A stretch of DNA of 64,000 bases, taken from NCBI GenBank assembly GCA_025786725.1, contig JAHLTZ010000007.1, positions 434,001 to 498,000 of the forward strand. The letters run 5' to 3'. Under the pieces are notes generated by a model, which was given only the letters and a program-made list of their open reading frames with translations, was not told the DNA's origin and did no database searches. Positions 13,801-26,671 of the stretch are shown here, piece by piece. The first letter of the stretch is position 1; every line of letters begins with the position of its first letter. The DNA is from Syncephalis fuscata S228. Lineage: Eukaryota > Fungi > Zoopagomycota. A program made the position numbers and the translations under genes.

Positions 13801-14516
13801 TGAGTGGTTGAAGTAAACAAATCAGTCGAATTTTCCGAAAGATTATTAATGTTTATTGAAATTGTGCTACCGGAAGAGTTGAGATCGTGTGATCCACGAC
13901 GTTGGTGAGTTGCATTTGTTTGAAGATCATCTTGCGGTTCTAAAAATGTTTTTACGTTGCTGCGAGTTGGTGAATTAATTGAAGGCATAGAGCTCACTCG
14001 GCGTAGTTTTGCGGTGGACTTATATTGTGGCAAAGTTTCTGACTGTAAAGTATGCGGCTTGTCCCACAGAGGGGAGTGAAGAAGTATGTCCATGCTTAAG
14101 GCTAGCTTTAATGGCACTGGAGTTCCGGGTCTATTTCTAGAAGAGCGCATTTTATATACTTCTTCTGTTTCGCTTAGATCGTCCTCGCTGTCTTCATTTG
14201 CAGGACCAAATGTAACTGCTTGATCATTTTGTGACAATTCGCTGAAAGATGGCGTTTCTACCTGTTCTATATCGCTAAAATCAAATGTATCAGAAATGGA
14301 GGTAGATTCGCCTATGGATACAGGGCTCATGTTATTTGCCAGATCAAGTCTTGCTAAATCCAAACAGTTTACGTCAACATTATTAATTTGTTTAACGCTG
14401 GAGCGATTAGGCGGAATTATGGTAAGTATAGATACTTTGGAGGATGCTTGCGCAGAGAAATATTGACGCTTAGCAAGCATAATCTTCGCATTTTCGATGT
14501 TGGTATTATGGCTCAT
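10878..14516 (-). CDS. RGS domain fused to an AIF/AMID(FSP1)-like FAD/NAD(P)H oxidoreductase, with disordered N- and C-terminal arms
   Basis: RGS-like TLDDIL...FEIFLAEHFAEENLIFL...YIHTGAPMEVNI. Rossmann motifs VVIVGGGFAG and ILIIGAGPVG, plus NIFAAGD. Canonical introns at 13239-13304 and 13147-13188 join the two parts in frame. Confidence 0.8.
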
Positions 14517-16816
14517 TGGTACAAACTTAATGGCCGTGTATTGATGGTGCTTGCAAGGATAAAAGGCAAAGCGCAGTTGTAAAGTTGGGCAGCAAGTGAT
14601 CAACACTCAAAAGAGGTTAGTTGAAATATTAGAATCCAATAAAAAATAGCTGTGTAGTGTAGAATAGAATAAAGAAATGGTATATCGAATATTGCAAAGT
14701 GTAGACTTAGGCCGGTTATATTACTACAGTCTTGGCCATGAGAACATTCGGCAATTTTAAAAATGTCTTCCAGAATTAGAAATACATTAATGAGATTGAT
14801 ACCAAATATGGCATCAAAACCTTGCCTGTTAATTATTAAATTCAACTCCGATATTTTTTACTAAAAATAATAGATGTGAGAATATTCTTGATTGGAAGTA
14901 ATCTAATATAGATCTTATTATAAAAGTAACCCATAAAATTTACTATTTTTGTCTATGTTTATATTTAGTTCACATTGCCCCAAAATAATTCGGTATTAAC
15001 GGCATTTTTAAGCGATATTCACAATATATAAATATGTAGTTAAACAGCATTTAATAGCTTACTGTAAATTATTAATGGTGATTGTTTAACTAAATAATCA
15101 TTGAATTTTGCTATGTTTGCATTTTTGTTTATTTTTATAACGTTGTTATCATTAAAAAATAGCTAATGTACCAATATAGCTGTGTTATTATTGTTATTAT
15201 TGCTGTATTAAGTTGTTAATTGATGCATAACATCTGGAATGCGATTCTTACAAGATTTATAGGTTATTTATGCATCAAGTCTATTATTTCTAAAATTAAA
15301 AAATGCTGGTGTAATATTACTGAAATAAAGCGTTTTGTTTCATATCCATTAATACAATTGTGACAGTGTGTGATAAACTAACATACCGCTAAGATTCACG
15401 TGCCATCATAGGATATATATTGTGTATTCAGTCTAGTGCTTTTACTTGTTATTAAAATAAAAATGTAGCTGCAAGCTATTAGAGTATTATCAATTCAAAT
15501 GAATAACTGAATAAAGTGTTGGAATATTAATGATAAAGTATAGTATGTGGATGTGGTAGGATCAAGTGAAGCAAATCAAAATCTACAAAGAATACAATCA
15601 ACAACAATAAATGATTCTACCAATAAGCGTAATTAATGAAATAAACAAATAAAAGCAAATGAATGAGTATTAATAATAATCAAGTGATAATCTATACGAC
15701 TGAATAAGACTAATGAATTGAAATTCATTGAATTTTATAATAAATACAGTTATAATAAATGAATTGTTTTATTAGTAAAAATGGCCAGTATATAGTAAAA
15801 TGAGTATAGGTTGGAGATAAATTTAAAAGTTAAAAAATAATGCAACATGCAAATAGAATGCTACGGATAACATAAGTAATTACATACTTTTAAGCTATTA
15901 TATAACAGTGGTGTTTTGTAGTAATAATGACTGGCTTGGTACATAAGCTTATGATAAACTGCACTCAATGGCATGTAAATGAGGCTGAAACTATTTTAAT
16001 AATACAAATAGAAACACAGTAGCACTATTATGACAGTAGAATAAACAGACGAGTGTAGTGGTAATATGGCATTGTTTATTAGTTATGCCGTTGACATGTA
16101 GTAAAGCTGATTTCTTTTCAAAGACATTTATCATTTGAATTGAACTACAAGAGTGAACATCAACAAAAAATATTATTTATAAATTTGTATTGCTTGAAGC
16201 GAGACAATGCAACCATATTTGTGTTTAAACACTTGCTATGATGAAAGTTGGTAATCATCCTTGTACTGTATTTATTCATATGATAGATAATTATAATTTC
16301 TATTAACAGCCAATAACAATCAAACTTGATTCTATACTCACACACACACACGTATACAGATGTAACCTGCGCCGACCAACATTGTAGCTTCCTTTTCTTT
16401 CTCATATGCTCATCGCTTGCTTCTGCCTTGAAGCGTCGCAATCGCTCTCGTCTACATTCCTTAAACCTTTCTTTCCGCCTTCTCGTCTTCCCTTAAACCA
16501 TCCGTTATACAGGTGCCCTTTAAAACCGGCATCTCCTTTCATCTCTTGTAGTCACTTGCCAGCGTTGTGGCTCTGTTATTTCCGCTTCCTTTGAGCCACA
16601 TCTCGTTTTCAAGGACTTGATCCGATTGTTTATCGAGATTCCCAGCCACTGATTACATATTTTGGAACATCATTTCTGTAATCGATATAAAGCAGAATAT
16701 TCGCGTGCTTGATAAACTGACCTTAGTGCTGTCGACGTCGTGGATTGTTTGACGGTACTGCTTCTGCGATCATCAGCTATTTCTCAGCAAAGGGCTGACG
16801 CGAAGTGCTTGTCATC

Positions 16817-18754
16817 ATGAGTGCCAGCGCTTTTGTTGGTTCAAAGATATCTTTGATATCAAAATCAGATGTGCGCTATGTAGGAGTGTTGCATAGTATT
16901 AGCACGGAAGAAGCGACCGTATCGCTTGAACAAGGTAAGTATTAATAATAATGCGCTATATAGTTATACCGGGGCATAGATTGCAAATAACTATTTATTT
17001 AAAACTACTTTATTAAATTAAATATGTTGTTTAGTTCGCTGTTTTGGCACAGAGGGTCGTAAAAATAATCCAGCTGAAGAACTGCCAGCCTCCAGCAATG
17101 TCTACGAGTTTGTTGTGTTTCGCGCGGCCGACATCAAGGATTTGACGGTGCTGGAACCACCACAATCAGCCCAGCCGCCGCAGCCATCGTCAATGCCTCA
17201 TGATCCGGCAATTGTCAATGTAAGTAGTGTTTATTAGTAAACTATATGGTATGCATACTAATAATATTCTGTTTCGTATTTAGTCGCCAGTAGCACGTCC
17301 ACCAACATCTCAACCAACAGTATCTGCTCAGCAACAGCAATCATCATACAATGCTGGAGCTAATCAAAACTATACGCCCAGCAACAACTTTAGCGGTGCA
17401 GGTCAGGCCGGCCTACCCTATGGACAACGTCATCCAGACATGCATACCAATGCTAATCTTGGTGGCCCACCAGCAGGTATGGGAATGGGCCATCCAAACT
17501 ATCCGCCACAATCAGGACAGCACTCTATGCAGTCCCATCCTGGACATGCTCATTGGCAAGCAGGTGCTGCAGGCGGACAAGGATCGCTGCAACGCAATCC
17601 ATATGGAATTGGACAGGTGAATTAACATTGATTTACGCGTATTGCAGTTTATTAAACTATAATAATATATGCATATATAGTATCCAAGTAACAGTCCTGC
17701 TCCTCCTGGTATGGGTGCTTCTCCTATGGGCTCACAAACAGGCCAAGGACCATCTACCGTTGCTGCAGGACAACCGACGCGCCATGAAGCTGGAAATGTT
17801 AACAAAAAGCCAGGTGCCAATGGAGCATCGGCTGCTTTGGCCAACTCGCAAACAGTGCATCCACGCGGTCATGGCAATGCAGCTGCATTGTCAGGTCAAC
17901 CAGTTACTAAATGGGACCCAAAACAAGGTGTGATCACCACTACAATTCCATCTACTGGATCGAATGCCAAACAGTCTTCACACTCAAGCGGTCATGGCAT
18001 GACTGGTCAACAAGGCCCGCCTCACTCAGGCAAAAGACAGCAGCAGCAGCAACAACAACAACACGCAAATCGAAAAGACGACTACACAGAGTCTGAAGTG
18101 CAAAACAACAAAAAGTTTGACGATGCTGCAGCAAACGACGCAAATAAAGACCAAGCTGCTCGTCGTCGTCGTGGCCGTCGAGGTACCGGCCAACAAGGTA
18201 GCAAACCAGACTCCGCAATAATAGGAAAAGGCCCAAGCGATGTCGATGCTGAAGCCAATGGTCCAGTGCCTAGCACAGAATTTGACTTTGAATCAGCCAA
18301 CGCCAAATTTGATAAAGCAAATTTAATTAAAGAATTTAGCCAACTTGGTATTAACGTTACCAATTCAGCACCTGCTACAACGGCCAATATCATTGCTACC
18401 ACTTCACCTGCAGTGGCACCAGCCCCCGATTCGGACAACATCGTCATTCCACCTGCCTCTACCGATGCATTCTACGATCGCAGTCGTTCATTCTTTGACG
18501 ATATTTCATGTGAATCCAAAGAACGTAAAAGTGAAGTCCAAGTTGAACGTCGTGATCGCCGTATGACTCAAGAACGCCGTGTTAACATGGAAACATTTGG
18601 ACAAATATCCATCGATGGCAATGCTCGGTTCCGCGGTGGTCGACGAGGCGGCTATCGTGGTCGTGGTCATCGTGGTCGTGGTGGTGGTGGCGGTCGAGGC
18701 GGCAACAACAACAACAACAATAACATAACAGTAACAATACAACAGCCTAGATGA
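16817..18754 (+). CDS. SCD6: Scd6/LSM14 family mRNA decapping activator and translational repressor
   Basis: Lsm domain FVGSKISLISKSDVRYVG...FGTEGR; FDF (EFDFESANAKFDK), FFD (SFFDDISC) and TFG (NMETFG) boxes; RGG tail; multi-exon. Confidence 0.94.
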
Positions 18755-19254
18755 TTAGATATATTGGCTATTGTTTGACGTTTTAATCATTAAACTGCGC
18801 ATTTATTTAGTTCGAATATTTTGTTACAATCGTTTATCATTGATGTTAAAATGGCTCTTTAATTTACTCATTTATTTAATGTTCTAAATCTTCCAGTAGT
18901 GTCGCAATAGCTATGAGTAGCGTTTGATATTGTTTATTATTTACAATTATTCTTTCCGCTATTGTAGTCGAAATATCTGTTTATTTAATAAAGATTAAAT
19001 CATTCAGTTAATTCAACTATTACTTGTAGTAAAGCGGATGGGTGGGTGGTTGGTTATGTTATATGTATACATACTAGGAAAGAAAAAGATAAAAGCCAGT
19101 AGATAATGATGATAGTGATTATTATTATATTAATGGATTAATTCATACATGTAGAGTTTAAGACAAAATTGTTGAATGGCATTGCTAATCAATAAAACTA
19201 TTACATTCAAATAGCATTATTATTATTTTTTTGATAATGCGCCATTGATTTTTT

Positions 19255-20884
19255 CTAGATTGTTGGTCTGCGTTCTGTATTTATACGCAGTCCATATTGA
19301 ATGGCGTTTCGCCACAATTCAAACTGATCTTCCGAGTCGACGTGAACATAAGCCATTTGACGATGGTGCTTCGTTGTTAGACATAATGTATGTGACTGGT
19401 GATTTGCTAGACCAACACTATCGATAAGACACGTTTGTTTTAGGAAAAAGGTAGCCTATATAGCCAATAAAGAATTGATTAATAATGATTAAATTGTATT
19501 ACACTCCAATCTCACCTCATGTACCAATGTATCGCATTGCTGTCGAGCAATTACCATTCGGTCGGTGAATAGCCAGCATTGCACCTGGTCGGTCGTTGTT
19601 TGCTTGCCCGATTGGTAAGCAAGCGAACCTTCATGCAACAGCTTTACATTTGGCTTAATTAAAGGAGCGTCCAAGCCAGTAATACTGTTTTGTAATCGGG
19701 CCAGATCAATAATTGAATCCGTTTGTCGCATACTATAAATAAAATAAATTATCAGCCACATTAAATAAACTGTCTATAGTAAATACTTACTGTGACCCCA
19801 TATTACGATATATACCCATAAGATACTGCAGACAAGATTCTACATTCTCATTTCCTTCAGCATTACAGAATTCGCCCACTTTCTGGACAAATCCTATATA
19901 ATACCAAATACACTTGCGCAAGTCAAGTAATAATGTTCGGAAATCACATCCGGTACTTTTCTCGCATCGACTCATAACGTTACGAAACTTTTCACTATGG
20001 TAAACGAGATTTTCAAATTCGCGTATCGCATTCACTTGTTGTTTCACCAGCTCAACATAAATGTTGAGATCAGTTAAACGTCGACCTAAAAACATAGTTA
20101 CACAATTCAAAGCGTAAACATCGGAATTTTCACCGAAATCATTACACATTAATTGTATATCTTTGATCTCATCGTGTAAACACATATGTATCTCCATAAG
20201 CTGGCCAAAATGTTCAAATAGTTGATTCATTGTGGTGTTAATGGCCTGATGACTACGCTTTTTCTTAATAAAATGTAGAAAGTTTCGTAGTCTAGAATTA
20301 CGCATTGAACATAGCTCGGTACGTATGGGGATCTCAAATCCATCTTGAAGGACGGTTAAGGAGCCAATGTAGCTTTGTTCGTAGTTTAATAACTCATTGA
20401 TAAGCGATATTAACGCTTCAAGACGATTTTGAGCCATCATTTGAGCAAACTGTTTATCTAATAAATATACAATGAAATAAAATAAATATGGGCATTATAA
20501 TATGATGTTTAACCTACCTAACAATTGATTATGCTCAATTGATGGCGTGGGCGGTACCTCTTTGTTGATATTTAGCGATGATTGGCATCTTTTAGATTTA
20601 CGAGTTGATTTAACACGCGTATTATTGCGACGCGGCGGACTCGAAGCTAGCACAAATCCTTTAGGTGGAGCTATAATTGAATTCGGTCGGAAGAATGTCT
20701 CGATACCAATATCGTTAAACGCTTGGATAAGTTCAATATCTTCGGGAATCCAGCCGCGAACACCATTAATGCTATTTCTATGACGTTTTGAGCTTTGTCG
20801 TTTAAATATACCGTTAAGGCCATGTGAACGACTCGGTGAAAGTAATAAAAAAGAATCATGCGATCCAGCAGCAATCGACGACAT
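19255..20884 (-). CDS. Divergent DH-PH (RhoGEF-like) protein, 4 exons
   Basis: DH CR1-like INELLNYEQSYIGSLTVL; PH-like LLHEGSL...CWLFTDRMVIAR...ELWRNAI. Confidence 0.72.
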
Positions 20885-21269
20885 GTTCACTATTATGATG
20901 GACAAAGAAATAAAAAGATGCAAATAAAGCGCCAACAGGCTTAGCAGCAGTCGCTGTTGTATTTGAAGTCTCAGAATGCAATCAATGCAACTGGATTTAC
21001 TAGATGGGCAAACAGTTGAACCGTAACAAGTAGACGAGGAGGAGTGCTCGAGACAATAATTGTTACAAATTCAATAGAATAATGGACGATTATAGGATTG
21101 CGTCAGAAGGACGAACAATGAGAAAATATCTCGTCCTTGCAATAACAATGAATAATAGACGTTAATACGATCGCTACCAGGCGAGTAGAAAAAAACAGAC
21201 AAGAAGACGGCAAATGAACTTGTTCTGACTGCTGTCATGGTCCATTTAATATAGAGTCACGTTCTGTGG

Positions 21270-21304
21270 CTGTGTCTGTGTCTGTGTCTGTGTCTGTGTC
21301 TGTG
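21270..21304. repeat. (CTGTGT)n hexanucleotide microsatellite
   Basis: Five to six tandem ctgtgt units seen directly. Confidence 0.9.
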
Positions 21305-23764
21305 GTTGTGGTTGTAACCTTGGCGGTGCACATCGGAAATGATTTCGCCCATTTCTAACATCGTTCCAGCTGTCGCATAGCCCCCTTCTTTTTCCATCCT
21401 TTTTGGAATGCCGGCTATTTCTAACCACCATCATTTTATCTCACTTGCCTGCGGATTCAGGAGGACTATGTCTCTACTCCTAGCCTTGACCATGTTAAAA
21501 AATGCCGATGGTAACCCGTGGGTTTATTACATTTGACATGGTGCATTAAAACATGCAGCGCATTCTATGCAGATAGATAAATTCACAGTGTACAGCAATA
21601 GCACCATGAATAGAATGCATAATATATTAACTTTTTTAATAATGGCTGATACTAATAGCACTAATAGCGGCAATACTTACAATGACAATACTGTTTAGTA
21701 GGAATGGTAATGATGATTTATTACTATTATTAGTGCTGGTTTAGACCGATTTGGTTCATTGACAAGTTTTCTTGGTAAAACAGCAAATATCCATTTTGGC
21801 ACATTATCAATAACTGGTGTTAATGTCCTTTCGCCAACCCGTTATCGTCCGTTTCCTTTTTTTTAAACAGACGATGAACAAGTATTAACTTGACACCTAA
21901 GGACTACATCGCTTTATTAAAAGGAGTGTTTCTAGATGTTCCATCGATAAGTAAATGAGTACATCAATAGATTAAGGCTAAATAGGTCTCTTTGGTTAAT
22001 AAGTAATCGATTAGTATCATTGTAACAGAAGTAGACTACAAACGTAGATAGTAATACGACATAGTATAACTTGGCAATATGCAGTAGTAGCTCTAACGAC
22101 TGCCAAACGCTTCAATTACGTTGGTTGGCACATGCCCTGCTGCACCTCGCAAGTTCTCACGACGAAATGCAGCGTCTCTACGGATCCCAAAGTAAAATAA
22201 CGGTTCTCTGAGTTTAAATAGATTCTTTATTAATCATTAATGACTAAATAAAGTTGTATTCATTTATCATTACAATGACGATAACAACTGTTCTGGCTAC
22301 AATAGTTCTAATTGAACCGATAGTACCTATCTGATAACCACCACGATACTTTCTATGGTTGGTTATATTTAGTCCTGCTGTGAAACCTGCTATGTTGTGC
22401 GCAAACACCGCATCTGCCAATTCATCCATCGCTGTCACTAAAAAAGTGAGACAATTGTTCCACAGTGGTCAATCAACAACAAATCAATGGTCTGTCTTAA
22501 GATTGAAAGGAACGGTTTAGTAAAAATGGCACACGCATCGTGTCTCACATCTTTGAAGGTGTTGCTTTGCTATTTGTATTTGGACACTATTGCTGTTGCT
22601 ATTGCCATCTTTATTACAGCTATTTGTATTGTAGTTACTATTATGGCTATTGGTGCCATCATCATCCTGACCACCTTTACCATTACAACAGTTGGCCATA
22701 TAGATTAATTGATTCAAATTATTCAAATAGCTTGAATGTGACGCGCCCTTTTCTCTTCTCTCCCCCACCTCTTCTTCTCCTTCCCCACACACCCACGCAC
22801 ATACGCACGCACACTATTACTATTGCCTTGGTCTTTGCTATACCTCTCTTGTTCTCTTTCGTTCACTTATCTTGTTCTCTTTATTTGCACCACCACTGTG
22901 CTGCGTAAGCTTAGCCGCTCTCCCCCTCAACCGCTACTCCTCTGTTGTTTATTGTTTATTGTCGTATCGTAGAGCGATTGATTTGCTCGTTGGAACTTGT
23001 CTGCTTTCTTGTATCTAACTAAATAACCATCACCATAAGCAGCCACTATTACATTATACATTTACTGTGCTATATTCATTGCGCGCAACATTGTCAATAG
23101 GCACTGGCCTCACCTACTTTTATCTTCGACTGCAGTCACCGTGACCTGCCACACCCCTTTTGCGTACTGTTTTTGTTCTACTACTATCTTTTAGTTGTTA
23201 TTCCCTTGTGATTGTTTATTGTAGAGTGGCCTACGCTTGCTATTCTATACTGTCTTTTATTCTGTTGAACTTGTCGTGCACGTCACTTACTTTGATAGCA
23301 GCTGTGCTTTCCCGTCTTTCTCTATTCTTTTGACTTTTATTTACACTGTAAGTAAAGCTGTGCCAGAACTGAACGCCATAGCAACTCATTGCAGCATTTT
23401 TTGCTATAATATTCAAGCTTACGTTTACCATACGTGGTTGTTTGCGTATATAACTATTGCTACTATTGCTATTGCTATTGCTATTGCTATTACTGCTACT
23501 ACTACAATAATAACAGCAGCAGCAGCAAAATAACTTGTTAAATTGGTTGGCAGTTGTATTGCTAATTGCAATCTTTTATTACTACAAACGCATTAGTAAT
23601 TATTGTACACTACGCACATCTAATAGTGCCTGTGTCTATTCTCTCATACTAGCTCGTAAAGTGTGTTGTATCTGCTTTTATTGTCAAGTGATTGGTAGCA
23701 AGTAGACATTTGGCAAAGTACGCATTTAAGATACATTATCGTTTATTATATCTTCACTTTAAAG

Positions 23765-24562
23765 ATGAGCGACCGTAAGATTAGCTTTAGCGGAGAGGCC
23801 ACCCATCCGTTGCCTCTTCAAATACCAGAACGTCGCCGCACCGTCTCTCTAGGTGGCTTGCGACACTTTTACGAATCTATTGGCAATAGTGGTGGTAGCA
23901 ATGGTGGCCAATATCCCACTTTTGGCATGCTACGAGATATGAATGGAAGCAGTCCAAGAACACCTCAGTCGGCTAGCAGTTCGATGCCTAACCAGTCAAC
24001 CGACTATTTAAGCGGTCACTCGCCTGTTTCTGACACGTTACCGTCACCTACAGGTGTTGGTCTAAGCGGTCTATTACGTCGTGCCTCGTGGATCGAAGGC
24101 AGTGCTCCACATGCTGGCAGCCTGCTATCCTACGGCGCAAACGGTGGCAGTGGTAGTGCCATGGGTAATACAGGCAGTGTACTATCGAGTAGTACCGGCA
24201 ATAGTGGTCAACAACATCTATTCAATTCACTACCAAATAGAATGCGACGCCCAGGTGTGCTACGTCAGAGTTCAGATGTTCCTTCGACACGTGCTCCTAT
24301 CACGGCCATAACAACAACCAATAAGGCGGAAGCAACTGCCGGCCCGCCCGATACCATTGCTGGTCATCCGTTTATGAAGACGCGTTCTGAAAGCGCTATT
24401 GATGTTGCTCATAGCAACAACAATGGACAACAGGCGCACCCGCGTTTATCTGCACTAGCAGCGCCTACTGCTCATAAGGCAGCAACGGCCGCTGGATCCG
24501 GCCCCAAAAGACCCGCCACACCCATGAGCAATATGATTCTTTCTGGTCAAATGCTAGACTAG
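23765..24562 (+). CDS. Ser/Gly-rich disordered protein (265 aa) with basophilic kinase-type sites
   Basis: Single long GC-richer ORF with RKIS, RRRTVS, RRAS and RQSS motifs; compact C-terminus PATPMSNMILSGQMLD. Confidence 0.75.
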   Translation: MSDRKISFSGEATHPLPLQIPERRRTVSLGGLRHFYESIGNSGGSNGGQYPTFGMLRDMNGSSPRTPQSASSSMPNQSTDYLSGHSPVSDTLPSPTGVGLSGLLRRASWIEGSAPHAGSLLSYGANGGSGSAMGNTGSVLSSSTGNSGQQHLFNSLPNRMRRPGVLRQSSDVPSTRAPITAITTTNKAEATAGPPDTIAGHPFMKTRSESAIDVAHSNNNGQQAHPRLSALAAPTAHKAATAAGSGPKRPATPMSNMILSGQMLD

Positions 24563-25030
24563 ATTGTGTTTTTTTCTTTTTCTTGTTGTCGTTGTCGTTG
24601 CTGTTTTCGTGTTCCATAATTGACGTTGCTTTCAATACACCTATATATACACCGGTCTTTTTTCTTATTCTGATGTGAATGTCAACATAAAGACATTCTT
24701 TCTTTTGACATCATTTGAAGTAAGCTATGGTTTATATAATGGTCAATTGAAGTTCAAGTTAGTACATTTCAACAATATCAATAGCAACATCAACAATAAC
24801 TGGATAATATACAAGTATATAAATTTGAATGAATACAAATCAATTTCTTGATAGAATTTTATTATTAATAGTAGTGCTTATTCATATTTAATTTATACAA
24901 AGCTATATTATTCTAATATTTATATAAATAAATAAATCCTATCATTCGATAGTAGATGTGTTAAATCGTATAATTGTACTTTTTATACTAACAATAATAG
25001 GTCATATCAATTATAGTAAGCTTTTATTGT

Positions 25031-26214
25031 TTAATCTTTTCGTACTACTACTTCACAATAAGCGCCGCGTCTTTCTACATCGAGTACACGTGCATCGCTT
25101 TCAATGTTACGTGAAGTGAATACACCACGAATTTCAGAACAAAGAGCCTCGGCATTGGCCGTATTATCGATCAATGCTAGAACAGTAGGTCCTGAACCGC
25201 TTATACATACACCTAATAGACCTGGTCGTGTAGAAGGTGTCAATGTCTGAAGCAAATCATCCATACCAGGAATCTAATATATCATTTAGTTAACTCATAA
25301 ACATAACATAATCTTTGATTAACAGTATATTTACCATAACTTTCGATAAGGTTGATGAATACGATCTTGCATGGCTCTATGTACTTGTTGTGCATCTAAT
25401 TCAGCTGCACCTAATGCTGCAGTCAATTGAGTGATACGTTGTAGATTGAATACCTATATATATATATATATATAATAGATGAATAGATAACCATATAGCC
25501 ATAGTCATTAATAAATAAGTAATTTACAAACTAGTAACATAACAAATGACTTACCACATCAGTCAAGTTATATTGTTTGGGCAAAACACCACGAGCATCT
25601 TCGGTCTTCACTTCAAAGCGTGGACTTACAGTAATGGCCCGTACATTAGCATGAATAGGTAGACGAGCAAATCCTGCCTGTCCTTCTGTATCTGTCCAAC
25701 AAGCTACCCAGCCACCGGCCAATGCAGCCGTAACATTGTCAGGATGGTGTTCAATGGACAAACATTCCTTTAACTGTGTATCCATGCTTAGATTTAACTT
25801 TCCTAGTGTATTGCCAAGAACAATACCGGCAACAACAGCTGCACCTGAAGAGCCAAGACCTCGCCCCAAAGGAATTGGATTATTAACATAAATATGAACA
25901 TTTTGTGGTATAGCAGTAGCGCTGGCATATCGAGCAATCATATTAGCTGCAGTTTTGGTAATAAGATTGCGATGAGCCTCTAACGGTACGGTCTCCGCAC
26001 TATCTCCGCTATAATTAATGGTCCAAGTCGACAATATAGCAAGCATAGCCTGGTCAACACTTGTATCCGCTGCTAGTTGTGATACTGCGGCAGTAGTTGG
26101 GTCGTAGTCAACCTCGACGGTAAGGTAAAGCGATAACGCTAGACCCATCACGTCAAAGCCTGGCCCAATATTAGATGTTGAAGCCGGCACAGTAATACGA
26201 AGACGTTGAGCCAT
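25031..26214 (-). CDS. THR1: Homoserine kinase (GHMP kinase family), 3 exons
   Basis: VPASTSNIGPGFDVMG; IPLGRGLGSSGAA; EHHPDNV; MQDRIHQPYR; CISGSGPT. Confidence 0.96.
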
Positions 26215-26671
26215 AGTTTTAACTAAGGAATTAATTTCAATAGTAATAGAAGTAGTGTAATAAAAGTGTTGTTTAACAAACGAGTAGTGAAGCGCGAATA
26301 AGATTAATTACATCAATTAACGCGATAATAGATCAGATTTGTATTGATTAAATTAAAACTAGATTGACTCATAATGAATTCAAATTGAATAATTAATGTG
26401 TCGAATTCTAGTTGGTCAGCGGGAATAAGAAACTATGATGATGATGATGATTATTATTATGGAGATGACGACGATAACTAAAGTATAATATTAAATAGGA
26501 ATAATGCGAATAGTCTAGTATTTATTACTACGTCAACTTTCTTGTTCTCTCACTCACACACACACTCTCTCTCACTCTTACTTCACCGTTCGTTATTTGA
26601 CCGTGTCCCTCTTCATCTTTCGTATATTACTCAATTGTCTAGTTCTATTGTGTTAAATATACTAGGTCAAA

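Noticed and set aside
22487-23533. Short ORFs upstream of the 23765 gene
   Set aside because: Made of simple repeats and pyrimidine tracts; more consistent with promoter, 5' UTR or intron.
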